A stretch of 62,832 bases of DNA, counting the filler, from Collodictyon triciliatum (taxonomy: Eukaryota), in assembly GCA_043381765.1 (NCBI GenBank). It is 5 parts of 5 records of this genome, joined end to end, with 100 filler letters (N's around TTAATTAATTAA, not from the genome) between each part and the next. Parts side by side here need not be neighbours in the genome. Positions count along the whole stretch, not along the records: positions 1 to 10,335 come from JBHJMP010002718.1; positions 10,436 to 20,760 come from JBHJMP010002719.1; 3 more parts are not named here. One strand, written 5' to 3'. The position numbers were made by a program, and so were the translations under genes. Below the pieces are notes generated by a model. That model was given only the letters and a program-made list of their open reading frames with translations. It was not told the origin of the DNA and ran no database searches. This document shows, piece after piece, positions 1 through 13,600 of this stretch. How positions within the stretch are numbered: position 1 is the first letter of the stretch; each line of letters opens with the position of its first letter.

Positions 1-700
1 CGGGCAGCCTTGATACACCCCGCTCTGTCTTTGGATTGCATCCGTAGGTCCGTGTGCCGTGAGTACCCTCGCTGTTGCATTGTCGTGCAATTTCTTGATA
101 AGGCTGGTGAATCCTGTACAGAAGCCTCTTTTCTGAAGGATGATTTCCAGTGCCTCCTAATTCGATATCAAGGCTATGGAGTCTTCAAGTTTGGATTTGT
201 TCACCCACAACACATCGGAGCTGGGGTAGGCAAGAAAAGCCTACGGACTTACGTGAAGTAAAAGGAGGAGGGAGGTAAGAGGGAGGCAAATAGAGAAGAA
301 AAAGACAAACACAGGTTTCAGCTTTATTGATAGGGAGCTGCCGTGTCTTCCATGGCTCCATAACCGCGCTTGGTCCTTCCACTTCGGCTTTTGTGGCTCT
401 TTATCTACGCACGGCGCTGACTCTGAAGGCCTGGGTTTGCATCAAACACGGTGTGGCGATTCTGAGATGAGCTAAAGGCAGGGTTTTAATGGTTCAGTAT
501 CACTTCCTGTCAGCCTCCCCAGTAAAACATTTGAATAATGGTATTGGTGTGGAGCAAGCATACTTGACTCTTCCGGGGATTTCTGTAAGCGAAGCGTTCC
601 TGTTGATGGAAGCAGCCGAGCCCACAGTGCTTGGTCTGAAGATAAATTTGAAATTTGAGCAGCAGTTCGCCTCGATTATTCGTATCTATGGTTATTATCT
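1..700 (-). mobile_element. Degenerate non-LTR retrotransposon (LINE) reverse-transcriptase fragments
   Basis: Minus frame ~170->1 reads N*EALEIILQKRGFCTGFTSLIKKLHDNATARVLTAHGPTDAIQRQSGVYQGCP, the non-LTR RT GVxQGCP motif, with an in-frame stop. 647->615 reads IYLQTKHCGLG, resembling the post-RT LYLPxxxGGLG motif. Boundaries are approximate. Confidence 0.75.
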
Positions 701-890
701 ATCAGGATGAGGCTTCTGATGGATGAATGCACACCTGGATGACCTCTCCCCCGATTGGGACAATGTGCCAATTGACCCGCGGACTTTGCCTCCGTCTTCA
801 CTCTGGTATATATGGTGGGGTTGAAGGGTAAATAGAACATCCTTCGAGCATAACAAGGAATTATCACATCATTATACTAAAGGCAAAAAA

Positions 891-3800
891 TTATGGCTCA
901 GCGTATGCTACAGGCTTTATCTGAGTTTCACTTTCCGTTTTTTTTGTTTTCAATTTTTGTTTTCAATTTTTGTTTTCAATTTTTGTTTTCAATTTTTGTT
1001 TTCAATTTTTGTTTTCAATTTTTGTTTTCAATTTTTGTTATTTGGTTTGGTTTGGTTTGGTTATTTTCCATCGAATTAAAAGGATGAAGGATGAGGAACA
1101 CAACGCAGGATTGGAAGGGAAAGGAAAATGGTAAATGACAGAAATTAATGCGAGCCTGGATGGAGCTGCTGGATTGATGACATACTATTCTTGAGCGAGG
1201 CTGGCCGGTCTCACGGATGATTATATCCTGTAATGCAAGGCGCTGCTGATAGATTCGTTCTCTTTCTTCTTCCAATTTATCTTCCAGCATTTTCTCGTAT
1301 TTTCGGGTTTCCTCAGCGCGACGATCCTCTTCCTGTATCAAAATGCGTGTATAAAAAATGAATTATGTATGCACATCTCTCTTTCACTTTGTTTCGATAA
1401 ATCATTGTGATAAACATTTTATTTGCTCTGACATGTTTCGTCTACAAACTGTCCAATAGAGACATACAAGAAGAAAATATCGCATCTGCGGAAATTCACC
1501 TCTTTCATTTTTTTCATATACGAGGCCATATTCGTTGAAATGAGTTCTTGTCGGGCCTCTCGCAGCAAAAATTTCTCTTTCATCTGTTGCTGCCTTTCCT
1601 GGTCCTGCATATTGTGGATACGCATTATAAAAATATATCTGAGAAGGCGAATAGAGTCAAAGCTTAGTATTGCCACAACATAGAACCAAGCGCCGTGTCA
1701 TCGAAATAGCAGTCCCACTTTCACAAATTCAATCAACTATTATCAAACAAACCGTTTGTTCAACCAGAATCGAGAGTTTCGCTCCAGGGTCTTTCTCCAC
1801 TTTCTACGTAATCATATAGATATAAGCAGGAGGGAGAGAGAAACGTATCGATGAAAAAAAAAAAAAAAAGAAGGTATTTTGCAATTCAAGTGCAACATCG
1901 TCTCAGTAATTATGTTGAGTAGATTAAGTTGGAGTATTCACACAAATTAATTTGCTTCATATAAAAATAAATGAATAAAAAGAAGGACGTATGGACTACC
2001 GGTTTGTATCTCTGGGTATCTTCTCTAGATTGCTTTGCACTTTCTCTCATTTGTTCCTGAATCTAAACCGTACCGAAATGAAGTTAATGCAATTATTTGG
2101 GAATTCTCTTTTGCCGTATTATTCAAGGTTTTTTGCTACAAGCAGAGAATATGGCATCAAGGGAAATTTATAATGACCTCCTTTTTCTTTTGTGCTTCTA
2201 TTCTTCTGGACATCTAATGGAGCATAGTGAGTTTTTTTTTTCTTCCTTTATTCGATTCAAAGTATGGAGCATAGTGAGTTAACATTATGTTTTTGATTTG
2301 CTCTATTTTGTTTCGTTTTGTTCTGTGTTTTTTATCTTTAAAAAAAGGAAACGGAAGAAAAGAAGAGGAATTGAAGGGAAAATACGAGGGGAAGTTTCTT
2401 ATGAACCAAGTTTTGTTAAATAATGAAAGTCTGTTACCAAGAGAAGCTGACGCTCATGTTCATTGTCAATCGCATCCAGGCATTTTAGCTGTATCTTTTC
2501 GGCTGTATTTTGGGATTTTTGTACTTTAATTTGATTCCTAAGGTCAAGAGCGTTCTGGTAATCTCTAGCTCGCCGCTCATCCTTGGGGATTCAAAGGAGA
2601 AGGTTAAAGTGAGTCCTCTATTGCCTTCACAACAAAATTAAATGTATGAGAGACCACTGCATTGGTACTGTCTGAGGTAACATGAAAAATTGATAAGTTG
2701 TTTATCAACCTGACGCAAATCATCATTCGCTGCACGCCTTTCTGCTTCGATCATTTCGTAATGAGCAAATTCTATATCTGATAACTTCTCACGTTCTTTT
2801 CTTGATTCTTTTTCGTGCATCTAGGTACGGAGCGGGGAAAATAGCAAGGAACGATAGAGCTTGGGTAAGTATGACTTGAAAACATATAAAATATTCGAGA
2901 CTGAATAGTAACTGACGGAGTTTATTGTCTTGGTAATATGAATTCGAAATCTCTCGTAAAAAGCAAAGAAGTGATGCCTGACTATGAAGAATAACCTGTT
3001 TGATGAGTTGCTCTCTAGTTTCCAGTTGTTTCTCTTTCGCCCGACGGTGTTCAAGCAATGCCGCTTTCCTGGTTTGTTCAGCCTGGTGTATGTTTATTGT
3101 AATCATGTAAATCGTAAAGTGTGGTTCATGTAAATTATTTAGATAATTCAAAATGTAAGGAGAAATGTACGAGGGTTTTGGTAAATTACTATTCTAAAAA
3201 GAAAAATACACATTTTGTTCCTTTCAAATTACACAACGTGTGAAGGGTTTGGCGTTGATTTGCCAGCCTGCATTTCGAATATTAACCTGTAGCATACTGA
3301 AAGATTCCCAGTCATAATCCCCACTTCTTGCTTCTTCATGTGATGGCTGTGGGAAACCATAAAACAAATTCATAAGGATTATTCATAAATAAGGAAGCAA
3401 CAGCAGAAGGTAAGTAAGAAGCAGTGGTTATGTGGGGTGCTGATTTTTCCATTTTCGGTTAAGAAATATAATAATGTGATCTTCCTGTTGAACGACAAAT
3501 TTTCAATTAGCCCGTATGGAGAAAAAAAAGTACAGTTTGAGCGCGAGTGGATTGGTGGCTGGTGACTGGTCGATGATGCTCTTTTGCTTCTGCCCGTACG
3601 AAGTGGGCAGAATGAGACCGTGTGTTTTGCCTCGGTTTGATCTGAGCGTATCCTAATAATTACGAGAATTTGTATGTTATAATTGAATAAACTTACAGTA
3701 AATTATAAACAGGATATGATGGATAATCAATTCCCTGTTGTGTAGGAAATTCATAAAATTAAAAAAAAANNNNNNNNNNNNNNNNNNNNNNNNNNNNNNN

Positions 3801-4707
3801 NNNNNNNNNNNNNNNNNNNNNNNNNNNNNNNNNNNNNNNNNNNNNNNNNNNNNNNNNNNNNNNNNNNNNNNNNNNNNNNNNNNNNNNNNNNNNNNNNNNN
3901 NNNNNNNNNNNNNNNNNNNNNNNNNNNNNNNNNNNNNNNNNNNNNNNNNNNNNNNCATACATACATACATACATACATACATACATACATACATACATAC
4001 ATACAAAAATAACGACTCAATACCCAGAAGTTCATCCAAATGCTTCAGGTCTGTTTCGTGGAATTTCCTATGTGAAAGCAGTTGACTGATTTGCTCATCC
4101 ACATACCGAACAAAGTCTTTGTCATTCTGTCGAATGAAAGTTTTTTAGAAAATTAAAAATATATAAGTAATTGGTTTAATAATGTTAACAAAGTGATAAT
4201 GAACAAAAGTGAGAGAAGCCATGAGATTCTGCTGTTAAACAGTAAAATGAGAGTGATCGAAATTACATAGCTTGTAGGTGAAACTCATCCTAGAAGTAAC
4301 AAAACAAACAATGAAAGGAGGGAAGGATGAAAAAGAGAAGGGCACCCGGATTTCGGAAATTGTCAAGAGCAATATGAAGGATGGAAATAAAAAAACAAGG
4401 GATATCACCTCGCGTCCTTGCAAATAACGCGCGCGCAGCTTTCCAGACAACCCTTCTTTCATTCTTTCACGTTCGAGCAGTTGCCTGGCTTTCTCCTTTT
4501 TAGCTTCGGTAGTCCCCGCATAGTACGAAAGTGGGCGATGAAAAGAGAGGTCTGTTTGCGACATCTGTTCTTTTAGGTCGTTGTTATTATTATTTTTTTG
4601 TTTGTCTTGTTTGTTCTTTGGTTTGACTTTTCTTTCCCCGATGTAGTATGCTTGGCGAGTTGTGTTGGCTCCTGAGCTTAGCTGCGTCTTTCCCTTGCAA
4701 GTTGGTA
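891..4707 (-). CDS. Multi-exon charged coiled-coil protein of unknown function (start uncertain; further exons possible up to ~5100)
   Basis: GT-AG-bounded E/K/R/Q-rich exons (e.g. 4564-4408, ~3080-2996, ~2820-2710, ~1605-1500, ~1334-1186). The last exon IKPVAYAEP* ends at 891. An N-gap lies within the span. Confidence 0.55.
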
Positions 4708-5515
4708 CTAATATGATGATGTTGAAATGAAAGATTGTGATAGTGAGAGAGACTCGGTTGGAGAAGGAAAGAATCGGGCCGATCAGCTACGTAGGAAGAC
4801 TCCTCAATAATGTGGGTGAGTGGTTTCGTAAGTCCGCTGCAGATCTAAAGAGAAGAAGCTTTGCCTTCGCCTCGACAGTGCAAGACAGACTCTCAAGTTG
4901 TGCGAGGCCACAACATCACAAAGAATTTGTGCGTGTGTGTAAATGTGTGTATATATATATATATGTATGCGTGTGCAGTGTTTCCTCACGACTGGAGAGT
5001 TTGGTTTTTTTGCGCTCGTCTCTGATTTCCTGGCGGGGTTTTTCTTGTTTGTGGGTTTTGGATGCTCCTGTCTGCTTCGAATTTGCTGATGGCTCAACAG
5101 ACTAAGAGTTTGTTTTTCTTTGAAGAGAAACGAACAGAAAAGTCGTTGTAACGAGTATTATATAATTATGGAATTTATAATATAGTACCAAATTTCTCAC
5201 ATTTGGTGGTACGAGTTCATATTATTAAATTAATTATAATGTATATATAATTGAATAATATCAATATATGATTATACGCAAGGCGCTTTTGAAAACGGCC
5301 GTGTTATTTTTTAAAAGGCACCATAGCGATTCAATGAAACAATTCAAAAATGGATGTGTTTTTCTGTGTGTCTGTGTGACGGGTCGTCTGTCTGATTGAT
5401 CGCGCGACCGATCAGAACGCTCCCACAAAGTCCCAGTTGCGCGTCGCCGCTCTGCCGGAGGAACCGCATTTATGACTCTGCGCTCATTGGAAAGAAAGCC
5501 TTGGGGGTTATAAAC

Positions 5516-5565
<50 letters not shown>

Positions 5566-5872
5566 ACGAACTGAAAAAAAAATGAAAGTGAAAATATACA
5601 GGACAACACTCTCAACAGTTTGACTAAAGAAAATGTGTTTGGATGAGGCAATCTTTTCTTTTTCTTAAAAAAAAAAACAAAGACAAAAACCTACTCTCCA
5701 TATTGTTGAAAAAAATGAATGGGATAACTATCCAACTCTAGCATTTTTTGTTGTTATGTATTTTATAGAGTTGTTTGCTCCTTACAAGCACGAGTTTTTG
5801 ATGGTGGGTTTTTACGTGTATATAAAAGTTTGGGCTTTCCCTTAGTTGCAATCGAAAAGCCACGCATAGCAG

Positions 5873-8224
5873 ATGTGTTTCGGAGATTCATCAGAAGGTG
5901 CAGCGTCGAATCGCAACATTGAGTCTCAGTTGAGGCGAGACAAGGCACGACTTGACAGCGAAGTGAAGCTCCTTCTGCTCGGTAGGCCGTTCTATTTCCA
6001 ATTAATCTCAATTTATGATTCGAGCTGAATCCCAATATCTTTATTTAGTATTTTCATGTATGTTTAAATATTATATTATATTATAAATGAGAAGGTCATT
6101 AAAGACGCAAACACCCATAAAAAAGAATGAGTGTGACTTTCACCACCTAAAAGGCCTAAAAAAAAATATATGGAACAAGTCAATGAAATTGAAGACCGAG
6201 TCCTCCATCCCACCTGTTGATAGACTTATTGAATCTATGATTGAAAACAGGTGCTGGAGAGTCTGGTAAAAGCACGATTTTGAAGCAAATGAAGATTATT
6301 CACCAAGAAGGATACACCGAAACAGAGCGTCGTGCATTCAAGGAAGTGATTCATGGGAACGTACTCCAGAGCATGAAAACACTGATTGCGAGCGCTGAGA
6401 GATTAGACATCAAATTTGAGAACTCCGATAGTCTTGTATGTCTAGTCCCCCCACCCCTGTTGTTTATTTGCTTCCACGGGCTAAATCAATTGTTTCTTCA
6501 ATTATGTTTTCTTTTATAATAATAATCATCAAACAATCAAATAATCACTACTTTGTAATATGTCACATAATAATATTTAAGCTAACACATCCTTCTTCTT
6601 TCTTTTTTTTTTTTTGACATTGTAGACGATTGAAGTGAATCTTTAGCAAAATAGATATTATAACATCGATATTTTTTTCTATTGTATCTGTAATATGTTT
6701 TTATTATTTGAGAAGTTTCTCAATAAATGAATCGTTATCAAGGAGCGTGCATCCCGTATCACAGATGCTCCAAACGGAGAACCATGGGCAGTCGAGATCG
6801 GTCAGGATATAGCTGCTTTGTGGAAAGATAAAGGGATTTTAAACACTTATGAGCGTCGCTCAGAATTCCAGTTGATTGATTCAGCAAACTAGTGAGTTTC
6901 AACAACAATACTCAATGTACCAAATGAATTTATTGACAGACAACGTATGCCATTCATAAGATGTAATATTATTTTTTTAGAAAAAATAAATCAAAAAGAA
7001 TTATACTTAAAAATGAGACCCCTTCATGTAGCTGTACAAACAAAACTAATATATACCAAATATTGTTGATAAAAAAATCGTTTACATGTATTGGTAGTTA
7101 TTTCGATAATGTCGAGCGAATAAACCAATCTGATTATGTGCCTTCTGTTGATGATATTCTCCGCTCCCGCGTTCGAACTACTGGTATCGTGGAAATTCAG
7201 TTTGTTCAGGGAAATCTTCGATTCAGGTTCCAACACATTGGCTATAGAAGCGCTGTGGACCAATTATATCATTTAGTAATGGATAGACCGTTTAAAACAA
7301 AAAAATTAAAAGGAAGTAATTTATATTATGCGTTTGTTTGTTGGACTCTATGACATGTAAAATAATTCGTATCATTTTTAAATATAATTTTTTTTTTTTT
7401 ACTATTTTAGAATATTCGATGTGGGAGGACAGCGAAATGAGCGCAGAAAGTGGATTCATTGTTTTCAAGGGGTCACAGCCGTCTTGTTTTGTGTCGCACT
7501 GAGCGAATATCCTCCCATAATTTTAATTATCATTTATTTTCATAATAATTATATCAGTATACCTAGTACGAACTTGTTAGCAATCTTATGGATGCATCTG
7601 GAAAAAACACGGCGTCTTCCCCTTAACAGCAAGTCACATACGACCAAAGGCTCTTTGAGGATGAGTCACAGAACCGCATGAAGGAATCCCTCCTCTTGTT
7701 CGATGAGATTTGCAACAGTCGCTGGTTTCTGGACACATCAATGATTCTGTTTCTAAACAAGACCGATCTTTTTCGAGAAAAAATACAGAAAACAGACCTG
7801 TCTGTCTGCTTTCCATCATACAAAGGTATTCACCACGTTAGATATGCCATATATTTATTTGCCTATTTATTTGACTATTATTATTGTGATATGGTAGTGT
7901 TAAATAAATCTTTTACTCAATTAAACGAAGGAGGGTGCAATTACGACAGTGCCACTGCGTTCATCCGCCAACAGTTCGAAGGGTTAAACAAAAGCGACAC
8001 CAAACAAGTCTACACTCACTTCACTTGCGCTACAGACACAAACAACATCAAATTTATCTTCAACGCCGTCAGAGATATCATCCTACAAACCATTCTGCGC
8101 CAATCAAGTAAGATAACAACTTTGAGGGAAAAAACGCATTAATATTCATCGCAGAGTAACTTTAACCTATTATTCACGTTTTAACCAAAGAATTTTTTTT
8201 TCTTGTCGCAAAGGTTTTGTGTGA
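5873..8224 (+). CDS. Heterotrimeric G-protein alpha subunit
   Basis: Spliced product contains [39 protein letters not shown] and HFTCATDT. It includes an AT-AC intron at 7507-7637. The C-terminus is either ...QSSFV* (8224, via a last intron) or unspliced to 8142. The N-terminal exon is uncertain. Confidence 0.95.
7507..7637 (+). other. U12-type (minor spliceosome) AT-AC intron
   Basis: 5' end ATATCCTC, branch site TTCCCCTTAAC at 7617-7627, 3' end CAC. Removing it restores the conserved [12 protein letters not shown]. Confidence 0.93.
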
Positions 8225-8657
8225 AAAAAAAAGCAGGGTAGGTTTATACCCGATTGGACAAACGGGTGGATTAGCATCAATATAACGAACATCTTCTTGA
8301 GTCAACGAAATACTCATAAAAAAATAATTTTACCCCTGAAACGCTCTTTCTGATGTAATTATCTAACTCGGATTTTTCTTTTAGATGAAGGCTGCGCAAA
8401 AGAGGGAGACAGAGAAGAAGAAAAAAATATTTTCAGCCTTCCTGTCGGCAAACTTCCTCTTCTCTCCTTCAAAATCACGAAACCTGTGATAGGTTTCGAA
8501 TAAACTGGAGATCTTTATATAAAAGCCATCAGCACGGCAATACAAACAACTTGAATATAGACCAACCCCCTTGCAATATGGATGGATAGATGGATGGATA
8601 GAACGCAGGAAATAGCGTGGTGTTGTTCTTTTGCATTACAGGAGTATTGCTTCATTT

Positions 8658-9704
8658 TTATATCTTTGGCCGAAATCCCAGTTGCGTCATGAGCTGCTCA
8701 AAGCCTTGGATAAAGCTGCGAGTAAAATCTTCTAGGACAGAGAGAGGAACCAAATCATCGAGACTCTCGTCATCTAGGTTCAGCAATCCCTGTCAAGAGA
8801 AACATAAAGAGAAGAAAAAATGCGAGAAAATCACAGGTGTCCCCAGAAGATGAAGTGACAAGTGGTTTGAATTTAGGATGATTTGTGTGAGTAACATCTT
8901 TGTATAGAGTATTATTGTCTTGTAATAGATGAGAAAGTACCTTATCCTCGGCTGTTCTCTGGAGCATATCCATGAATGATTGTAAATTCATTCCGTCCTT
9001 GTCTTTCAGATTAAGTATCTGGGATACCATGTGGACAGAATCAGTCGGGGTTGTAGAGTTAAGAGAAATAGAAATAGAAAGAAAGAAAAGAGAAATAAAT
9101 AAATCAAAAGAAAAGAATGAAAAATAAATGAGATACCTCGTAGAGAGTTTTCACACAATCACCATCCACATATTGCACACCAGGGTGTTGAGGCAAAGGG
9201 GTGGGTGGGTGAGTAAACGTGAGAATACGAGAAAACCTAGGCGGGTTATATTTTATATTAAGACCATCTTCCTGTAGACTGATGAGACGATGCGCATATG
9301 ACCGCATTGTTCTGCTTACCATGATACGAATAGCTCCTGACCATCCCGCTGAGATATGAACTCCCATAATCGAAGCGTAGATAGTGCTTGTATTTGTGTC
9401 TTTTTTTTCATATGATCCCGAATACATAAATAAATAAATTCATTAACATAAATACAGCTTCTTTTTTTTTTGTTTTGTTTTGTTACTTATACCATGAAGG
9501 GAACTGTCTCATCCACTCGTGTTTGAGAGCATGCATTTTCTGAGAATATGTGCAAATCATCCAATGAAAACCGCCCATCCTTGTCTGTGTCAAGTAAAAA
9601 AAGAACTGCGATATGACTGAAATCGATCGGATATGACTCGAAGGACTCCAATTGCAAGGCTTGGTGAAGATTCTATCAATAATAATAATAACAATAATAA
9701 TAAC

Positions 9705-9740
<36 letters not shown>

Positions 9741-10004
9741 CAATAATATGTAAAATTGTTATGATGAAATGCTACATTAAACCAAAATAAATGATTGTCA
9801 GTGAGCAGCAAACAACCGCATTCTCTACTAAGGAGGAAGAGAAGTGGTTTCTAACGCAACATACTCTACACACATGGAACAAGCTTCTCAGATATTTGCA
9901 TGTATTTTACAAAATAAAAAATGAACCAAATAATCGCTGTCTCCTTTCAGTTTTGCGTATTCCTCCTCTGCCTTCCCTCTTGCCTTGCTGCCAGTTAAAC
10001 CCAT
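8658..10004 (-). CDS. N-myristoylated EF-hand protein (5 exons)
   Basis: Starts MGLTGSK (MGxxxS motif) and has an EF-hand loop DTDKDGRFSLDDL. All introns are GT-AG; ends ...LGFRPKI*. Confidence 0.75.
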
Positions 10005-10335
10005 GGGATTATTGAACGAAGTGTTCTTTCCACTCTGCTAATTTATTTCATGGGAAAATGTTGTAAGACGCGAGAACATAATAGAAGTTAAAGTCGGTTG
10101 GGGAGCGAAATCTTTTGCTCGGGACATTTTCTTACCCACCCTTGATTTGCACTACTTTTCGAGCGTATCAAGAGAAAAAGGAGAAAAGGAGAAAAGGAGA
10201 AAAAGGAGAAAAAGGAGAGAAAAAGGAAAGAGAAAAGAGAAAAAGAGAAAAAGAGAAAAAAGAGAAAAAAGAGAAAAAAGAGAAAAAAGAGAAAAAAGAG
10301 AAAAAAGAGAAAAAAGAGAAAAAAGAGAAAAAAGA

Positions 10336-10435
10336 NNNNNNNNNNNNNNNNNNNNNNNNNNNNNNNNNNNNNNNNNNNNTTAATTAATTAANNNNNNNNN
10401 NNNNNNNNNNNNNNNNNNNNNNNNNNNNNNNNNNN
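10336..10435. other. Artificial scaffold spacer N44-TTAATTAATTAA-N44
   Basis: An identical 100-nt spacer with stops in all six frames occurs four times in the window. Confidence 0.97.
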
Positions 10436-10676
10436 CTTGTTGACCTTGGTGAGGATGCGTCAGTATTGTGTCTTTGTGTCTTTGTGTCTTTGTGTCTTTG
10501 TGTCTTTGTGTCTTTGTGTCTTTGTGTCTTTGTGTCTTTGTGTCTTTGTGTCTTTGTGTCTTTGTGTCTTTGTGTCAGGAAAGCCAGTAAGAATATCGGT
10601 TCGCTATAATGAACCCATATCCAGGTAAAGAGTCAGATGACACATGTGATGGTATGAGCATATCCAAACTGTTACC

Positions 10677-13600
10677 TTGTTGCCACGCCCAATAACTGGT
10701 GTAGTAGAAAGAATACTACCACACGCGCTGCAGCAGGCGGTCTGGAATATTGATTTTAATTATTTGAAAGGGAAAAAAAACCCATTTTACTATTGAAACA
10801 TTCTATTTAAGTTTTCTATCTTGAGTGTTAATCTTTGAGCAGTTCTCAGGCAGACCCGAAATTAATTGTGATAATACGTGTGGTGTATTTATGGTCATTG
10901 CTTTTGCTTGATAAAATCTGAGTTGTAAAATGTGCCTACTTTGTGGATGTCTGAGCAGTTCATAAGTCGGTCATGAAGCAGGAAGGAGACTCCGTGAGCC
11001 AAAAGAGAGTCGCGCTCCATTTCACCAAAACGAATACCTCCACCAACTTTACGACCCTATAAAAGATAGAAAAAGGTTGATACTCGGTGTTGCATCAAGT
11101 GATCAAACTGACCATATGCGCGAAGCTACGGATATACACTTAAAGAAAGGGATTTATGTTAGAGATGAGTCTTGCTTTCACTACAAAATATAGATATGTG
11201 TGTTATTCTACCTTGACGGGCTGGTGTGTTGATTTGTTTATCGGTCCCGTGGAACGTACTTGATACTTGTCCGAAACCATGTGACGAAGGCGCTGATAAT
11301 ACACTATCCCGAAGAATATGTCGGCCTTCATCTCCACTCCACTCACGCCGCTATACATCGGTTCGTTTCCATAGTAATTGTATCCGGCTTGCAGCAACTA
11401 AAGTATGCACCAATCGTGATTAATGCCACCAACAACATTAAAAAAATAAAAATAAATAAAAATAAATAAAAATAAAAACTATCCCTACGTATCTATTGTG
11501 GATGTCCTTAAAAACAAAAACAAAAACAAAAAAAGCTAGAACTTCAAGTGGTTGCCACAAGTCAAAGGTAATGTTATAGAAGAAAATCGAACCTGCTTTC
11601 CAAAGTAGTCGACAGCGCGTTCTTGTTCGTTGAATCGGAATGGTGTTGCGTCTTGGTACATTCCATGCAGCGAACCCGCTTTTGCTGCCATCGTCTCAAT
11701 AAGCATTCCAATTGTCATACGAGACTGCAAGAGCAAAGGATATGTGAAGGTTATAAGTATAAGATAACAAGGTCATGTGAGAATATATCTATGAAAAAGG
11801 CTAGTCCTCCCTTTCACGAGGAATCCTTTAAATGAGTGATTAATCATGTGTCAGACAAAGGTCTTTTCCTTGACAGATATCATGGTTGAAATGGAACGCT
11901 TTCGATATGATTTTGCATTACAGGGAAGGCGTTTGGATTGATAATGACATCAGGAGTCATCCCAGATTCGGTAAAGGGCATGTCCGATTGTGGCCACAGG
12001 TAACTCAGGACTCCCTGTAATGTTTTGATTCTTTAGCAATGTATCCTTCGCTTATGCGACCGAATATGTACATACCTTCGTGAATGTGATAAATGTCAAA
12101 TGTATAAATGCATATAGGGGAAGAGACGAAAGAAATTTAAAAAAATGAAGACAGAGTGGAAGGGAAAAAGTGCAAATTTCTATCTTGATGTTGCTGGTGT
12201 AAAAGAAATTACTTTTTGTCCATGGCGGCTAGAGAACTTGTCGCCTAAAACAAGAAGCGGACACACATTGTAATTTTAATCGGTCGAATAGAACAAAGGT
12301 TCAAAAGAAATCTAGATGTGTCTATACGGTATGCAACTTGTTGAGAAAAATATTCGATAAAGAATTCTAATAATAAGAACCTATCACAGGTCGGCGATTG
12401 TATCTGAATTTGATGTTAATTCTGGTGATATGGTTGTTTTGTCCAGATGACTTACCTTTAAATAAATAAATAGATAGATAGATAAAAATACAATAAAGTT
12501 ACAAATGAAGTTTTACAGGGCCCCTTTAAACGATACATTTTTTACTTTTACAAAAGACATGTGATAAATAGCCGTTTAACCAGCTCCTCCGTTTCAAAAT
12601 TTCCATAAGATGAGAGTTCAAAAGAAAGCCAAAGTTGAAGGATAAAGTTCAAAGAAACCTGGGCCGCCAATAATTCTAACTTGATCGACGATGACAGGGT
12701 CCTTTATTATAGATGGTATAAAAAGAATTAGTCTAATTGCTTTATTCAACTTTTATTCCCTTGTTTTTTGTTTTGTTTTGTTTTTTTTGGAATTGCATAG
12801 CACTAATACTTTCATAGCTAACATTTTTGTTCCCATATTTCATTCAATTATTGAAAAACCTGGTCCTTGTGTTTTTTCACATAGAAACGCTGCTTAACAT
12901 CATCATATGTGCAATAGATCGGCTCGTCGTATTTTATAATTGAACCCACCTCGCTTTAACATTTGACTATTTGAGTAGAAACACGTAGCAGAAGGGAAAA
13001 GAATAAAGTGATATCCTGAATAGAGAAGGGGATATAAAAATAGAATGCAGAACGAATCAGTCTACAATATGTTCCAAAGTCAAATAATACGGTAGTCCGT
13101 CATCATCCAGAGAGGCAACATGTTTCTCTCCTGTAGGCGTCAGATTGCAGAATCTTTCTGTTATTTTAGAGCCTCTGGATGGGTCCAAATCCACAGGCTG
13201 AAGGTTTGAAGGAATTGTAACGTACATACAAACAGTCTGTAAAATCATATATGGCACAAAAAAGTCTGCAAAGAAAAAAATGTATTTAAAATTAAAATAC
13301 AAGATGAGAGGAAAGATGGACAAACCATCGATTTATATAAATAGGCGTGACCAAAGCCGCGCTCGTAAGCTGATTTGTTGAGAATCATAGCGTCTTCCAT
13401 ATCGTAGCCTGCAATAAACATGATACACAAGAAGCAAGTCTTTGATGCAATTACTTCACTTATTACCCAAGAAATAGAGAGAAAAACGTTGCAATATGGA
13501 ACAAGTTGCTTTCAAAGTGCGTTATGATAATAACCTGTATATGAAATAACAGCAATCACGGCGTTCATTCCGACAGGGTAATGGTCAACCCCAAATTTGT

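Noticed and set aside
9019-9136. GTATCT donor with TCTCTTAAC as a GT-AG U12 intron
   Set aside because: The donor deviates from RTATCCT and the putative branch site is about 40 nt from the acceptor; too weak to call.
10380-10391. Recurrent palindromic TTAATTAATTAA (also 20805, 42034, 52456) as a biological motif
   Set aside because: Always centred in exactly 44+44 Ns with stops in all frames, and four of the five pieces are about 10.3 kb. It is an assembly concatenation linker.
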